Below are positions 1-8,793 of a stretch of 64,000 nt of DNA, in pieces. Both the position numbers and the translations under genes were made by a program. Position 1 is the stretch's first letter; every line of letters starts with the position of its first letter. A model generated the notes under the pieces. It had not been told where the DNA came from and did not search any database. It saw only the letters and a program-made list of their open reading frames with translations. This DNA is from an uncultured Candidatus Bathyarchaeia archaeon (GTDB lineage Archaea > Thermoproteota > Bathyarchaeia > Bathyarchaeales > Bathyarchaeaceae), in assembly GCA_964618695.1 (NCBI GenBank), contig CAZUDX010000001.1, forward strand, positions 73,843 to 137,842. The letters are read 5' to 3'.

Positions 1-39
1 CCTAGAACGACCTAATGTGCTGTAAGAGGACACAGATAA

Positions 40-378
40 ATGAGTCGGCTTTCCTTATCAAATCTTGCCATGAAATATTTCCGGCAAAACGGCTATAAAA
101 TCGAAAAAGACGCGATTCTGGAAGGTGTATCTGGGCTTTCGCGAAAGTTTGATTTAATTCTTCGGAAAGGCAGAGAAAAGCGTTCAGTTTGGATTAAAGA
201 TTGGAAGAGAACAGTTGGAGTCAACATGGTCATAAACATCGACAAAGCTTCAGAAGATGTAGGATTTCCCAAACCCATAATCATAGCCGAAAAATTTAGC
301 GGTCACGCCAAAGCCTACGCCAACCGCCGCGGCATCATCTTGCTATCGAAACAGCAGATTCTAAGAATGCTTGGATAA
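40..378 (+). CDS. Small PD-(D/E)XK / Mrr-cat-like restriction-endonuclease-fold protein
   Basis: 112 aa. The pattern FDLIL...VWIKDWK followed by a conserved C-terminal core (IIIAEKFSGHAKAYANRRGIILL) resembles the Mrr catalytic-domain layout (D...(D/E)xK). Motif recognition only. Confidence 0.4.
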   Translation: MSRLSLSNLAMKYFRQNGYKIEKDAILEGVSGLSRKFDLILRKGREKRSVWIKDWKRTVGVNMVINIDKASEDVGFPKPIIIAEKFSGHAKAYANRRGIILLSKQQILRMLG

Positions 379-379
379 T

Positions 380-973
380 TTAGAAATCTCTCAAAAACTC
401 TCCCAATCGTCCTTCATTATCCAATTTTCCTAACCAATCAACTACTCCAGATTGGCATTCTTTCTTTTTCTCCAGCACAAGAATTATCTCTTCAACTACC
501 GCTTCCACTGTTTTTCCGCTAACATCGATTTCGCAAACTTTGTCGTTGCCACAGGCTGATAGGGCGTCAACGAGACAAACATCCAATATTTCGGCGGTTA
601 AATTCTCCCAAAGTTTCTTTCCCTCAAACCCACGCTTCTCTAACACATCCTTGAGTTCAGCGGGGTCACGCCTGAGGACAAAAACATTTTCCACAACTTT
701 CTTCGGCACAACATCAACAACGTAATGCCCCTCAATCACGATGCTGCCTTCTGAATTCTCTAGGATTTCTTGAAGCCGTTTTGACACTTTTTCGGTGTCT
801 GCAACCAAAGTTCTTCTAACATCGTCTATACCGATGATTAACTTCTCTTTCTTAACAAGTTCAGTTACACCGATGTAAATGGCATCAAGTTTAGCGGCTA
901 GAATTTGGGAGATAGTAGTTTTTCCAACGCCTGGAGTGCCTGTTACCAGAATGATTTTCCTGAACTTCTTCAT
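380..973 (-). CDS. Putative adenylate kinase / Fap7 (AK6)-type P-loop NTPase
   Basis: 197 aa. Has an N-terminal Walker A (ILVTGTPGVGKTT). Size and layout are typical of the archaeal Fap7/AK6 family. Confidence 0.7.
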   Translation of the reverse strand: MKKFRKIILVTGTPGVGKTTISQILAAKLDAIYIGVTELVKKEKLIIGIDDVRRTLVADTEKVSKRLQEILENSEGSIVIEGHYVVDVVPKKVVENVFVLRRDPAELKDVLEKRGFEGKKLWENLTAEILDVCLVDALSACGNDKVCEIDVSGKTVEAVVEEIILVLEKKKECQSGVVDWLGKLDNEGRLGEFLRDF

Positions 974-1036
974 GCTTCTTCATCTTGTTCCAGAGAGTTT
1001 AGGTTATTATTATAAACAGATTCTTGTAATAAGTTA

Positions 1037-1681
1037 GTGTGTAGTGGGATTTCGTCTTTGAACTCATTAGAGGTTATTGAGCGAGTTACGCGAAAGATTG
1101 CACCTGGACCTGCTCCAGCGTTTAATGAGGCTCACGTGGTTAAGGCATTGGAGATAATCGGTGATTACCGAACTGTGGGCAGAATAAGGCTGTCGAAAGA
1201 ACTTGGATTGGGAGAGGGCACAACGAGAACCCTTCTGAAACACCTGAAAAAGGAGGGAATAACTGAGAGTTCAAGAAGCGGAATCAGTCTTTCTGAAACG
1301 GGAAAGAAGCTGTTTTCTAATCTGCGAAGTAAACTCAGCGAAGGAGTGGAGGTTCCCAGCAGCCGCCTAACTATTGGAGACTTCAACATTGCTGTCCTTG
1401 TCAGGGACTCAGCTCAATCTGTGAAAAGCGGTATGGAACAACGGGATATCGCGATTAAGAGCGGAGCGTCAGGAGCAACCACACTGATTTTTTCCAGCAA
1501 CAAGCTGTCCATGCCAACCCGTGAGGAAGACATTTCCAGGAGCATGCCTTCTCTCTACAACAAACTGATAACCAAATTTAAACCAAAAGAAAACGATGTC
1601 ATAATAGTGGGAAGCGGAGAAAACAGAGAACTCGCAGAAATCGGAGCAAAAATGGCAGCCATCAAATTACTGAAAAAATAG
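1037..1681 (+). CDS. Winged-helix putative transcriptional regulator (DUF4443-like)
   Basis: 214 aa with a GTG start. wHTH-like segment GRIRLSKELGLGEGTTRTLLKHLKKEGI, followed by a conserved-looking C-terminal domain. Confidence 0.45.
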   Translation: MCSGISSLNSLEVIERVTRKIAPGPAPAFNEAHVVKALEIIGDYRTVGRIRLSKELGLGEGTTRTLLKHLKKEGITESSRSGISLSETGKKLFSNLRSKLSEGVEVPSSRLTIGDFNIAVLVRDSAQSVKSGMEQRDIAIKSGASGATTLIFSSNKLSMPTREEDISRSMPSLYNKLITKFKPKENDVIIVGSGENRELAEIGAKMAAIKLLKK

Positions 1682-1772
1682 CAATTACGCTGACTTTTCC
1701 AGAAAAAATTTTGTTTTCAACAATCTGCTGTTATTAATCTCCTACTATGAACCGAGGTTCGCTTTGCGTGTG

Positions 1773-2123
1773 TTATGGCTTACCGGTCTTTTTTGACAGT
1801 TTTCTGTAGCTGATGACGGCTAGCAGTGTTGATACTATGAATAGTGAGATAAGGAGCCATGATGGAAACTCTGGGATGATTCCTTCCGAGTCTGTTTTGA
1901 TAAGCCACGCGTCATTGTCATATGGAATGTCATCAACTAGTATTATGATTGTGCTTGCTAGCACATAGCCCCCATCGCTGGTTTGAATAACAGCCTCAGC
2001 AATGTCAGTATCAGCTCCTCCATACGTCTTGTCCCACACTACAAAGGACGCCCTAACCGGAATTGCTAACGCAAAAATGAACAAACAAAAAAGAGCAACT
2101 GTGACCGCCACTTTTTTCTTCAT
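1773..2123 (-). CDS. Small secreted protein with PEF-CTERM archaeosortase-type anchor
   Basis: I start it at the internal ATG (2123), which gives the signal peptide MKKKVAVTVALFCLFIFALAIPVRA. The body carries a WDKTYGG...DGGYVLA...DAWLIKTD repeat motif. The C-terminus is PEFPSW + TM + basic tail (RKLSKKTGKP). Confidence 0.6.
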   Translation of the reverse strand: MKKKVAVTVALFCLFIFALAIPVRASFVVWDKTYGGADTDIAEAVIQTSDGGYVLASTIIILVDDIPYDNDAWLIKTDSEGIIPEFPSWLLISLFIVSTLLAVISYRKLSKKTGKP

Positions 2124-2364
2124 CACAGGCACCTGCAACACCTTTTCTAAAATGACTGAAAAAGCGTTTTTGTCAAGAAACATTGACTAAAGAAAAGCGT
2201 ATGTATCATTCATTTGGTCAAAGTTTCTTGACTATCTTTTATCAAAGGTTGTGGTTACAGCAAAATAACTAGAACCAACAAAAAACTGTTTAGCTACTCA
2301 GCTAGCAAAAAGCGTTTCACTCTCCGAAAACGAAGAGGGTTTCCATCTCTTCTTTTTTCAGAGA

Positions 2365-2742
2365 TTATTTCTTTGCTTCTTTCTTCTTTTGATAGTCTTT
2401 TATGGCTTCATGTAAGGCGTCTGCAGCAAGGTTGGAACAGTGCATCTTTATTGGAGGAAGACCCCCAAGATTCTTCGCCACATCAGCCCTAGTGATCTTC
2501 ATCGCTTCTTCAATGGTCTTCCCAATTGCAAGTTCAGTGGTCATGCTGCTAGTGGCTATGGCTGCGCCACAACCAAAAGTTTTGAACTTAACATCCACCA
2601 ACTTGTTGTCTTTAACTTTGATATACATCGTCATGAGATCTCCACAAACCGGATTACCAACGGTTCCAACACCGTCCGCGTCCGGAATCTCACCTACGTT
2701 TCGGGGATGCATGAAATGATCCATTACTTTCTCGCTATACAT
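2365..2742 (-). CDS. iscU: Fe-S cluster assembly scaffold IscU/NifU-like
   Basis: 125 aa. Carries the canonical motifs GNPVCGD, FKTFGCGAAIA and KMHCS. Confidence 0.9.
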   Translation of the reverse strand: MYSEKVMDHFMHPRNVGEIPDADGVGTVGNPVCGDLMTMYIKVKDNKLVDVKFKTFGCGAAIATSSMTTELAIGKTIEEAMKITRADVAKNLGGLPPIKMHCSNLAADALHEAIKDYQKKKEAKK

Positions 2743-2746
2743 TACA

Positions 2747-3922
2747 TCACCTCAAGATTTCCTTTGGGGTTAACGGTGAAAGCGCTCTCAACCTCTTCAC
2801 CACGTCCGGCAACACTTCTAGCACGTAATCCACGTCCTCCTCTGAGTTCTGTTTCCCCATGGTGAACACCAATGACCCGTGAGCCTCTTCGTGGGCTAAA
2901 CCTATGGCCAACAACACATGAGAGGGCTCCAAAGTTTTTGACGTGCACGCGGAACCCGAGGACACCTGAATTCCATACATATCCAGACCTAAAATGAGAG
3001 ACTCACCTTCTATATAACTGAACCTGAGATTGGCGTTGTTGGGAAGCCTTTCAACTGGGTGACCATTCAGAAAAGAATAATCAATCTTGTCCAAAACACC
3101 ATTAATCAGCTTATCCCTCAATCCAGTCAAACGTTTGCCTTCTTTTTTCAACTCTTTTTGGGCAATCTCAGCCGCCTTCGCTATACCAACTATGCCCGGA
3201 ATGTTTTCTGTGCCCGAACGTAATCCCCTCTCTTGACCTCCGCCTTGATTGATTGGCTGAATTTTTGTTCCCTTTCTGACGTAGAGGGCTCCCACACCTT
3301 TTGGTCCATACATGTCATTGGAAGAGAGAGACAAAAGGTCAATGTTTTCCTCTTGAACGTTGATTGGTACTTTTCCTGCTGCAGCCACGGCGTCCACATG
3401 AAAAATGATGTTGTTTTCGCGGGTGATCGTTCCAATCTCCTTTATCGGTTGAATTGTTCCAATTTCGCCATTAGCGTACATGATTGAGATTAGGATTGTT
3501 TGGTCGGTTATTGCGGCTTTGAGTTTTTCGAGGTCAACTACACCTTGTTTGTCCACAGGAACATAAGTTACTTCGAAGCCTTGCTTTTGGAGGTATTTGC
3601 AGATGTTTATCACGGACATATGTTCGATGGCAGTGGTGATTATGTGGTTTCCTTTCTTTTTGTTACGGTAGGCAACCCCTTTTATTGCCAGATTGTTGGA
3701 TTCGGTGCCTCCCGAAGTAAAGGTAATTTCTTGAGATTTCTCTGCCCCCACAAGCTGAGCAACCTTCTCTCTTGAATCCGCCAAAGCTTTTTTGGCGCTG
3801 TTTCCAAAAGAGTGGGAAGAAGAGGGGTTTCCGTAGTTCTCAATAAAATACGGTCTCATGGCTTCTAAGACCCTTGAATCTAGGGGCATTCCAGCTCCGT
3901 AGTCCATATACACTTTTTTCAA
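2747..3922 (-). CDS. iscS: IscS/NifS-family class V aminotransferase-fold protein lacking the PLP lysine (atypical cysteine desulfurase)
   Basis: 391 aa. Has the GGTESNN, HVDAV and SSGSACTS (catalytic Cys loop) motifs. The expected S-G-H-K-x-YGPKG reads S-S-N-D-M-YGPKG (codons AAT GAC at 3319..3314). Confidence 0.85.
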   Translation of the reverse strand: MKKVYMDYGAGMPLDSRVLEAMRPYFIENYGNPSSSHSFGNSAKKALADSREKVAQLVGAEKSQEITFTSGGTESNNLAIKGVAYRNKKKGNHIITTAIEHMSVINICKYLQKQGFEVTYVPVDKQGVVDLEKLKAAITDQTILISIMYANGEIGTIQPIKEIGTITRENNIIFHVDAVAAAGKVPINVQEENIDLLSLSSNDMYGPKGVGALYVRKGTKIQPINQGGGQERGLRSGTENIPGIVGIAKAAEIAQKELKKEGKRLTGLRDKLINGVLDKIDYSFLNGHPVERLPNNANLRFSYIEGESLILGLDMYGIQVSSGSACTSKTLEPSHVLLAIGLAHEEAHGSLVFTMGKQNSEEDVDYVLEVLPDVVKRLRALSPLTPKEILR

Positions 3923-3937
3923 TAGTCAAAATACTTC

Positions 3938-4180
3938 CTATTCAACTTTCTTGATGATGAAATGCAACTGGTCATTTTCTTTACGCATTTTAAGTAGTTT
4001 AAGCCCAAGTCTCTTAACCAGCCGCGGTATGTCTTCCTCAGCAGCCGGATCGTCCGCAATTACCTCTAGAACTTGACCTGCCTCCAATTTGTCAATCTCT
4101 TGGCGGGTCCTGAAAACTGGTTCAGGACAGTAAAGACCTAAACAGTCAAGTTCTCTGTCAGGTTTAATCTGGTCACCCAA
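3938..4180 (-). CDS. tusA: TusA/SirA-like sulfur carrier protein
   Basis: 80 aa. Has the LGLYCPEPV (CPxP) motif with the conserved Cys. Non-ATG start. Lies 15 nt upstream of iscS on the same strand. Confidence 0.75.
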   Translation of the reverse strand: MGDQIKPDRELDCLGLYCPEPVFRTRQEIDKLEAGQVLEVIADDPAAEEDIPRLVKRLGLKLLKMRKENDQLHFIIKKVE

Positions 4181-4342
4181 CTACGAACCTCCAATAAACA
4201 GAAAGATTTCTTCATATAATTAAAATAGTTTCCCCCATATTTATCTATAACGGTGTTATAGATATGATCTTAACTACACTCAAAAAGAGCGCTTGGACGT
4301 CCTCGAGGTCCCCCAGCAGCATCTTTTCCATTTCTCCCTTTT

Positions 4343-5701
4343 TCACAGGTCTTTTGGGGGCGGTGAGATAAGCCCCTTTTTCATCAGCAGATTTGTGGAT
4401 TCGCGAGCATTTTTGATTATGAGTGTTGCCCTGTCCCAGAGTTCTTGTCTACTCAGTTTTACTCTGGCAACTCCTTCCTTGATTGATTCAAGGGCGCAAG
4501 CCACTGCCTCTCTGGGGAAGACCTCCCACTCGTCCATCCTCGGAACTATGTCTTCCTCATGGATACCCCGTTCTTCTGCAAAACTTGCCAACTCGTTTGC
4601 TGCCGCTATGCACATGTCGTCCGTTACAGTCTTGGCTTTCACGTCTAGAACTCCCCTGAAGATAGCTGGGAAACCCAGAGAATTATTTATCTGATTAGCG
4701 AAGTCAGAACGACCAGTGGCTACAATCTTTGCTCCCGCCTCCTTCGCATCCCAAGGCCATATCTCAGGGACAGGGTTCGCGCAGGCAAAAACTATCGAAT
4801 CAGACGCCATACTACTGACCCAAGGCTTCTTGATTGTGTCCGGACCCGGCTTAGCAGCGGCAATACACACATCTGCTCCTGTCAGCGCTTCAGCAACACC
4901 GCCAGTAATCCCTTCACTGTTGGTTTCGAGACAGAAATTCCACTTCCAAGGATTCTCCTCCTTTTCAGCTTCAACGTCCTTCCTGTTTGGTTGAAGAATT
5001 CCTTGCCTATCCACCATAACGATGTTTCCGACTTTGACTCCTGCTCTCATGAGAACCAGAGCCGTTCTAGTGTTTGCTGCGCCCACGCCCAACATAGCTA
5101 TCTTTGTTTGGCTCATCTTTTTTCCAACCAGCTTCAGGGCGTTGATGAGCCCAGCTAAAATGACTGTGGCTGTTCCCTGCTGATCGTCATGCCAGACTGG
5201 AATGTTGAGCTGTTCTCGGGTACGGTTTAGAACATGGAAGCATTTTGGCTTGGATATGTCTTCCAAGTTTATGCCTCCGAAGGTGGGTTCCAGCCATTTA
5301 CATGCTGTGACTAGGTCGTCTTGGTTTTTTGTTGCCAAGCATATTGGGAAGGCGTCTACTCCGCCCAGATATTTGAAGAGCAAAGCTTTTCCCTCCATAA
5401 CTGGCATAGCAGCTTCTGGACCTATGTCACCCAAGCCTAGGACACGGGTTCCGTCGCTCACTATAGCCACGTAATTCCATCGGCTAGTGTGGCTGAAGAC
5501 CAACTCTGGGTCGTCTTTTATGGCTTTGCAGGAGGCAGCAACACCAGGAGTGTACCAAATTGCGAAGTCGTAGGGACCGCGTATTGGACATTTTGGCATA
5601 ACTTGAACCTTGCCTTCGTAGAAGGGATGGTATGCTAACGCCAGTTTGGCGGGTTTTTTTGCTTTTTCAAGAAGTTTTTCCGCAGTTAATTTCTTTGTCA
5701 T
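4343..5701 (-). CDS. NAD(P)-dependent malic enzyme (oxaloacetate-decarboxylating malate dehydrogenase)
   Basis: 452 aa. Motifs: YTPGVA, VSDGTRVLGLGDIG, FGGINLEDI, HDDQQGTA and a GVGAA dinucleotide fold. Confidence 0.85.
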   Translation of the reverse strand: MTKKLTAEKLLEKAKKPAKLALAYHPFYEGKVQVMPKCPIRGPYDFAIWYTPGVAASCKAIKDDPELVFSHTSRWNYVAIVSDGTRVLGLGDIGPEAAMPVMEGKALLFKYLGGVDAFPICLATKNQDDLVTACKWLEPTFGGINLEDISKPKCFHVLNRTREQLNIPVWHDDQQGTATVILAGLINALKLVGKKMSQTKIAMLGVGAANTRTALVLMRAGVKVGNIVMVDRQGILQPNRKDVEAEKEENPWKWNFCLETNSEGITGGVAEALTGADVCIAAAKPGPDTIKKPWVSSMASDSIVFACANPVPEIWPWDAKEAGAKIVATGRSDFANQINNSLGFPAIFRGVLDVKAKTVTDDMCIAAANELASFAEERGIHEEDIVPRMDEWEVFPREAVACALESIKEGVARVKLSRQELWDRATLIIKNARESTNLLMKKGLISPPPKDL

Positions 5702-5895
5702 ATATTTTGGTTTTTAAATCATCGGATTTAAGGGTTGTTAAGGAAATCGGGTTAGTGCTTAGACTATGTTGTTATTTTTGTGAGTCTGATGAGTGTGATT
5801 TGAATATTGGTTAAAGCAAAGCTTAAGAAAGAGTGCGATAAAGGTATCATACCGGGCTAGAAAATTATTCTGGCAAAAGTTTTTAGCCTGAATGT

Positions 5896-5973
5896 AGCGG
5901 GGTGGGGTAGCCAGGTGAACCCGCTGGGCTCATAACCCAGAGATCGGTTGTTCAAATCAACTCCCCGCTACCA
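5896..5973 (+). tRNA. Initiator tRNA-Met (CAU) with encoded CCA
   Basis: Hand-folded cloverleaf: acceptor AGCGGGG/CCCCGCU, D arm GGGU/ACCC, anticodon arm CUGGG-CUCAUAA-CCCAG, T arm GGUUG-UUCAAAU-CAACU, discriminator A, then CCA. The A1:U72 pair and three G:C pairs closing the anticodon stem are archaeal initiator hallmarks. Confidence 0.85.
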
Positions 5974-6218
5974 ATTTATCTTTAGTTGCTATTACTTGTT
6001 TAGATGGGTCATGTTTTGTGTGTGTTTTTTGAATTTTGTTGAATAGTGTGTTCGTAGGTGGTTGTTTGAAGCATAATGGCATGTTTTATTTGTGTATTTT
6101 GATTCTGAATCCGAAGAGATGTTTTTAACGGCAATACAGATTGCACTTTCATATGATTTAAATGCAATAACCAAAAAACATCATCTAGGCAAAAAGTGGG
6201 TAGTGGAAGAAAAGCAAA

Positions 6219-6548
6219 GTGTCCAATCGACTTGACGTCGTGGAAAAAAGTGAAAACTGGAACAGTTTCTTTGCGGAAGTTGTAGACGAGACACTGAAAC
6301 AGATTTTCAAAGAAGAGGGCGCTAAGGCTATTTACGATTTTTTGATGAACAACGCGGAACTAGAGTTAAAAGAGGCTGCTGCCAAACCCGAAGTCTTTTC
6401 CGCTAGCTTAGAGAGGCTAATGGTTTCAGCAGCGCGAGTTATAGAACAAGTGATCCTAAAGAATTTGTACTCTAGGCTAGGAAAAGAGTTTGAAGAAAAG
6501 AAGGGTTACGAATTTCCAGACTACATAAGAGAGCTGAGGGGGAATTGA
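6219..6548 (+). CDS. Hypothetical soluble protein, probably co-transcribed with the sensor kinase
   Basis: 109 aa with a GTG start. Ends 4 nt before the kinase ORF. No motif recognised. Confidence 0.4.
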   Translation: MSNRLDVVEKSENWNSFFAEVVDETLKQIFKEEGAKAIYDFLMNNAELELKEAAAKPEVFSASLERLMVSAARVIEQVILKNLYSRLGKEFEEKKGYEFPDYIRELRGN

Positions 6549-6552
6549 GTGA

Positions 6553-8793
6553 TTGCTCACATTGTTTTCGTGGAGCTTTTTAACTATTCTTGGAATACTT
6601 TTTGCAATAGCCTATGGCTTCGTATATTTTCAGGATAGAGATAAACGTAAACTGATGTTCACGTTGGCTTTCGCTTTCGCATCCTTTGCCTTTCTAAGAG
6701 AGTTGCAACCTAGTTGGGAAGGAATACAGGCTTTAGAAAGATTTTTCACATGGAGTATTATGCCTATGCTGTGTGCAATCTCGATTGCAGTTTTCACCAC
6801 TCTTTTAAAGTTGAAACATTTCGAGAAACCATTCACAATCTTCCTATTCACACTAGCAGGGTCCATAATACTGATGACCGTGCCACTTCCTGTGGACTCC
6901 CTTCACATACTAGTATTCCCAACGATTTCTATTATCGTGATTGCAGTATCAAGTTATTTGTTCATAGCTAGAAGGGAACTTTCAGATTTTATATTCTTAC
7001 TCGCCATGGTATGCTTCACTTCTGCAGGTTTGGGAATGGGGTTCGACTTAGATGTTTCATTCATTGCATTTTCATACACTCTTGCTTACGTATTAATGGC
7101 TCTTGTATTCTTGGCTTCAAAGGTAAGTGTACCCGGCGGTATCGCTACGTTTTTTTCTCTTAGAAAAGAATTTCAAAAGACCCAAAAAGAACTTGAAATC
7201 TCACAGAAGCAATTAGCGAAAGCAGAATACAACTTCAAATCTCTGGTGGACCTCATCGCCGAACCTGTGGTGATTGTTGATAATAAAGGTCGGTTTTTGG
7301 AAATCAACGACAAGGTAGTAGAATTAACTGGATTCAGCAAAGAGGAATTGCTTGGAAAAAACTTTTTGAAATCAGACATTGTCCCGACTAAGAGCAAAGC
7401 GATTCTGATTAAGAATCTGGCAAAAAGAATGATGGGAATCCACGTTAAACCATACGAAATTGAGGTCAACCGAAAAAACGGTGAGCCACTGTATACTGAA
7501 GTGATTGCGAAGAAAATTGAATACGAAAACAAAAGCGCAGATTTAGTCGTATTCCACGACATCACAGAAAGAAAACTGCTTGAAGAGAAACGTGAGAAAT
7601 ACGCTGAGCAGTTAGAGAAAGCGGTGAAAGAACGAACCAAGATTCTGAGAGAAAACGAAGAAAAACTTCGAAGCATATTTAATTCGTCTCCAGATGCAAT
7701 CGCAGTTTCTGACTTGAAAGGAAACATAATTGAATGCAACCAAGCAACCTTAGACCTCCTTGGGCTTTCAACAAAAGATGAAATAATCGGCAAAAACAGT
7801 TTAACTTTCGTTGCAAAAACGGACAGAAAAAAAGTAATAAAAACCATGAAGAACGTTCTCGAAATGGGCTCAGTGACAAACGTAGAATACATGGCTTTAA
7901 ATAAAGAAAGTACCGAATTCCCAGCTGAATTCTCTGCAAGTACAATTGAAGACCCATCAGGCAAACCTATAGGTTTTGTAACTATAATCGAAGACATCAC
8001 CGAACGGAAGAGAATGGAGAATGACCTCAGGAATTATTCTGAACACTTAGAAGAACTAGTAGAGCAAAGAACTAGAGCATTGAAGCAATCCCAAGAACTG
8101 CTTGTCAAATCCGAGAGATTAGCTGCAATCGGGCAAGCAGCAACTATGGTAGGTCATGACCTCAGAAATCCTTTGCAAGCAATAGAAAACGGAATATTCT
8201 TCCTAAACAATGAACTGACAACTTTACCAGTTTCCCAAAAAACCACAGAAACACTGCAAGCCATCCATAATTCGATTGAATACGCAGACCACATAGTAAA
8301 AGACCTGCAAAGATTCGCATCAACAAGAAAACCCCTATTCAAGATGACCGACATCAATGCTACACTTAAAGAAGCTTTCTCACAGGTCAAAACACCAGAA
8401 AACGTGAAAACTATAATAGAAACAGGTCAGCTTCCGAAAATAGAGGTTGACAAAGAGATGGTGAAACGCATTTTTGTGAACCTAGCTATTAACGGAATAC
8501 AGGCAATGGAGGGGAAAGGAGGAATCCTGAAAATCTCAACCAAAAAAACAAAAGGCGCAATTGAGGTCAGCTTCAAAGACACAGGAGTTGGCATAAAAGA
8601 AGAAAACTTAAGAAAGATCTTTACCCCGTTCTTTACAACGAAGGCTCAAGGGATGGGTGTAGGCTTGACAATCTCCAAGAGGTTTGCCGAGCTTCATAAC
8701 GGCGACATCACGGTAGAAAGCAGAGAAGGTGAAGGCTCAGTCTTCACGGTTAATTTACCTATCCAGAGGAATGGAGGTGTAAAACTTGACTGA
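6553..8793 (+). CDS. Sensor histidine kinase (multi-TM N-terminal domain, two PAS domains, HisKA, HATPase_c)
   Basis: 746 aa. About 6-7 N-terminal TM helices and two PAS-like modules, each ending in DITERK. H-box MVGHDLRNPL, N-box NLAINGIQA, and G-boxes DTGVGI / GMGVGL. Confidence 0.85.
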   Translation: MLTLFSWSFLTILGILFAIAYGFVYFQDRDKRKLMFTLAFAFASFAFLRELQPSWEGIQALERFFTWSIMPMLCAISIAVFTTLLKLKHFEKPFTIFLFTLAGSIILMTVPLPVDSLHILVFPTISIIVIAVSSYLFIARRELSDFIFLLAMVCFTSAGLGMGFDLDVSFIAFSYTLAYVLMALVFLASKVSVPGGIATFFSLRKEFQKTQKELEISQKQLAKAEYNFKSLVDLIAEPVVIVDNKGRFLEINDKVVELTGFSKEELLGKNFLKSDIVPTKSKAILIKNLAKRMMGIHVKPYEIEVNRKNGEPLYTEVIAKKIEYENKSADLVVFHDITERKLLEEKREKYAEQLEKAVKERTKILRENEEKLRSIFNSSPDAIAVSDLKGNIIECNQATLDLLGLSTKDEIIGKNSLTFVAKTDRKKVIKTMKNVLEMGSVTNVEYMALNKESTEFPAEFSASTIEDPSGKPIGFVTIIEDITERKRMENDLRNYSEHLEELVEQRTRALKQSQELLVKSERLAAIGQAATMVGHDLRNPLQAIENGIFFLNNELTTLPVSQKTTETLQAIHNSIEYADHIVKDLQRFASTRKPLFKMTDINATLKEAFSQVKTPENVKTIIETGQLPKIEVDKEMVKRIFVNLAINGIQAMEGKGGILKISTKKTKGAIEVSFKDTGVGIKEENLRKIFTPFFTTKAQGMGVGLTISKRFAELHNGDITVESREGEGSVFTVNLPIQRNGGVKLD

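Noticed and set aside
2742-2948. A 68-aa Arg/Gly-rich ORF overlapping the iscS 3' end.
   Set aside because: It is out of frame within the well-supported iscS gene, and its composition is atypical.
5781-5880. A C/D-box sRNA-like CTGATGA upstream of the tRNA.
   Set aside because: No CUGA D box or C'/D' pair lies at the expected 50-70 nt spacing, and there are no terminal complementary ends.
5992-6174. A 60-aa ORF downstream of the tRNA.
   Set aside because: It lies in an AT-rich spacer, has low-complexity composition, and has no RBS.
7173-8000. A 275-aa ORF antisense to the histidine kinase.
   Set aside because: It is Ser/Phe/Leu-rich and low in complexity, the mirror image of the GAA/AAA/GAG-rich sense frame. 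It lies entirely within a gene that has clear kinase motifs and has no motif of its own.
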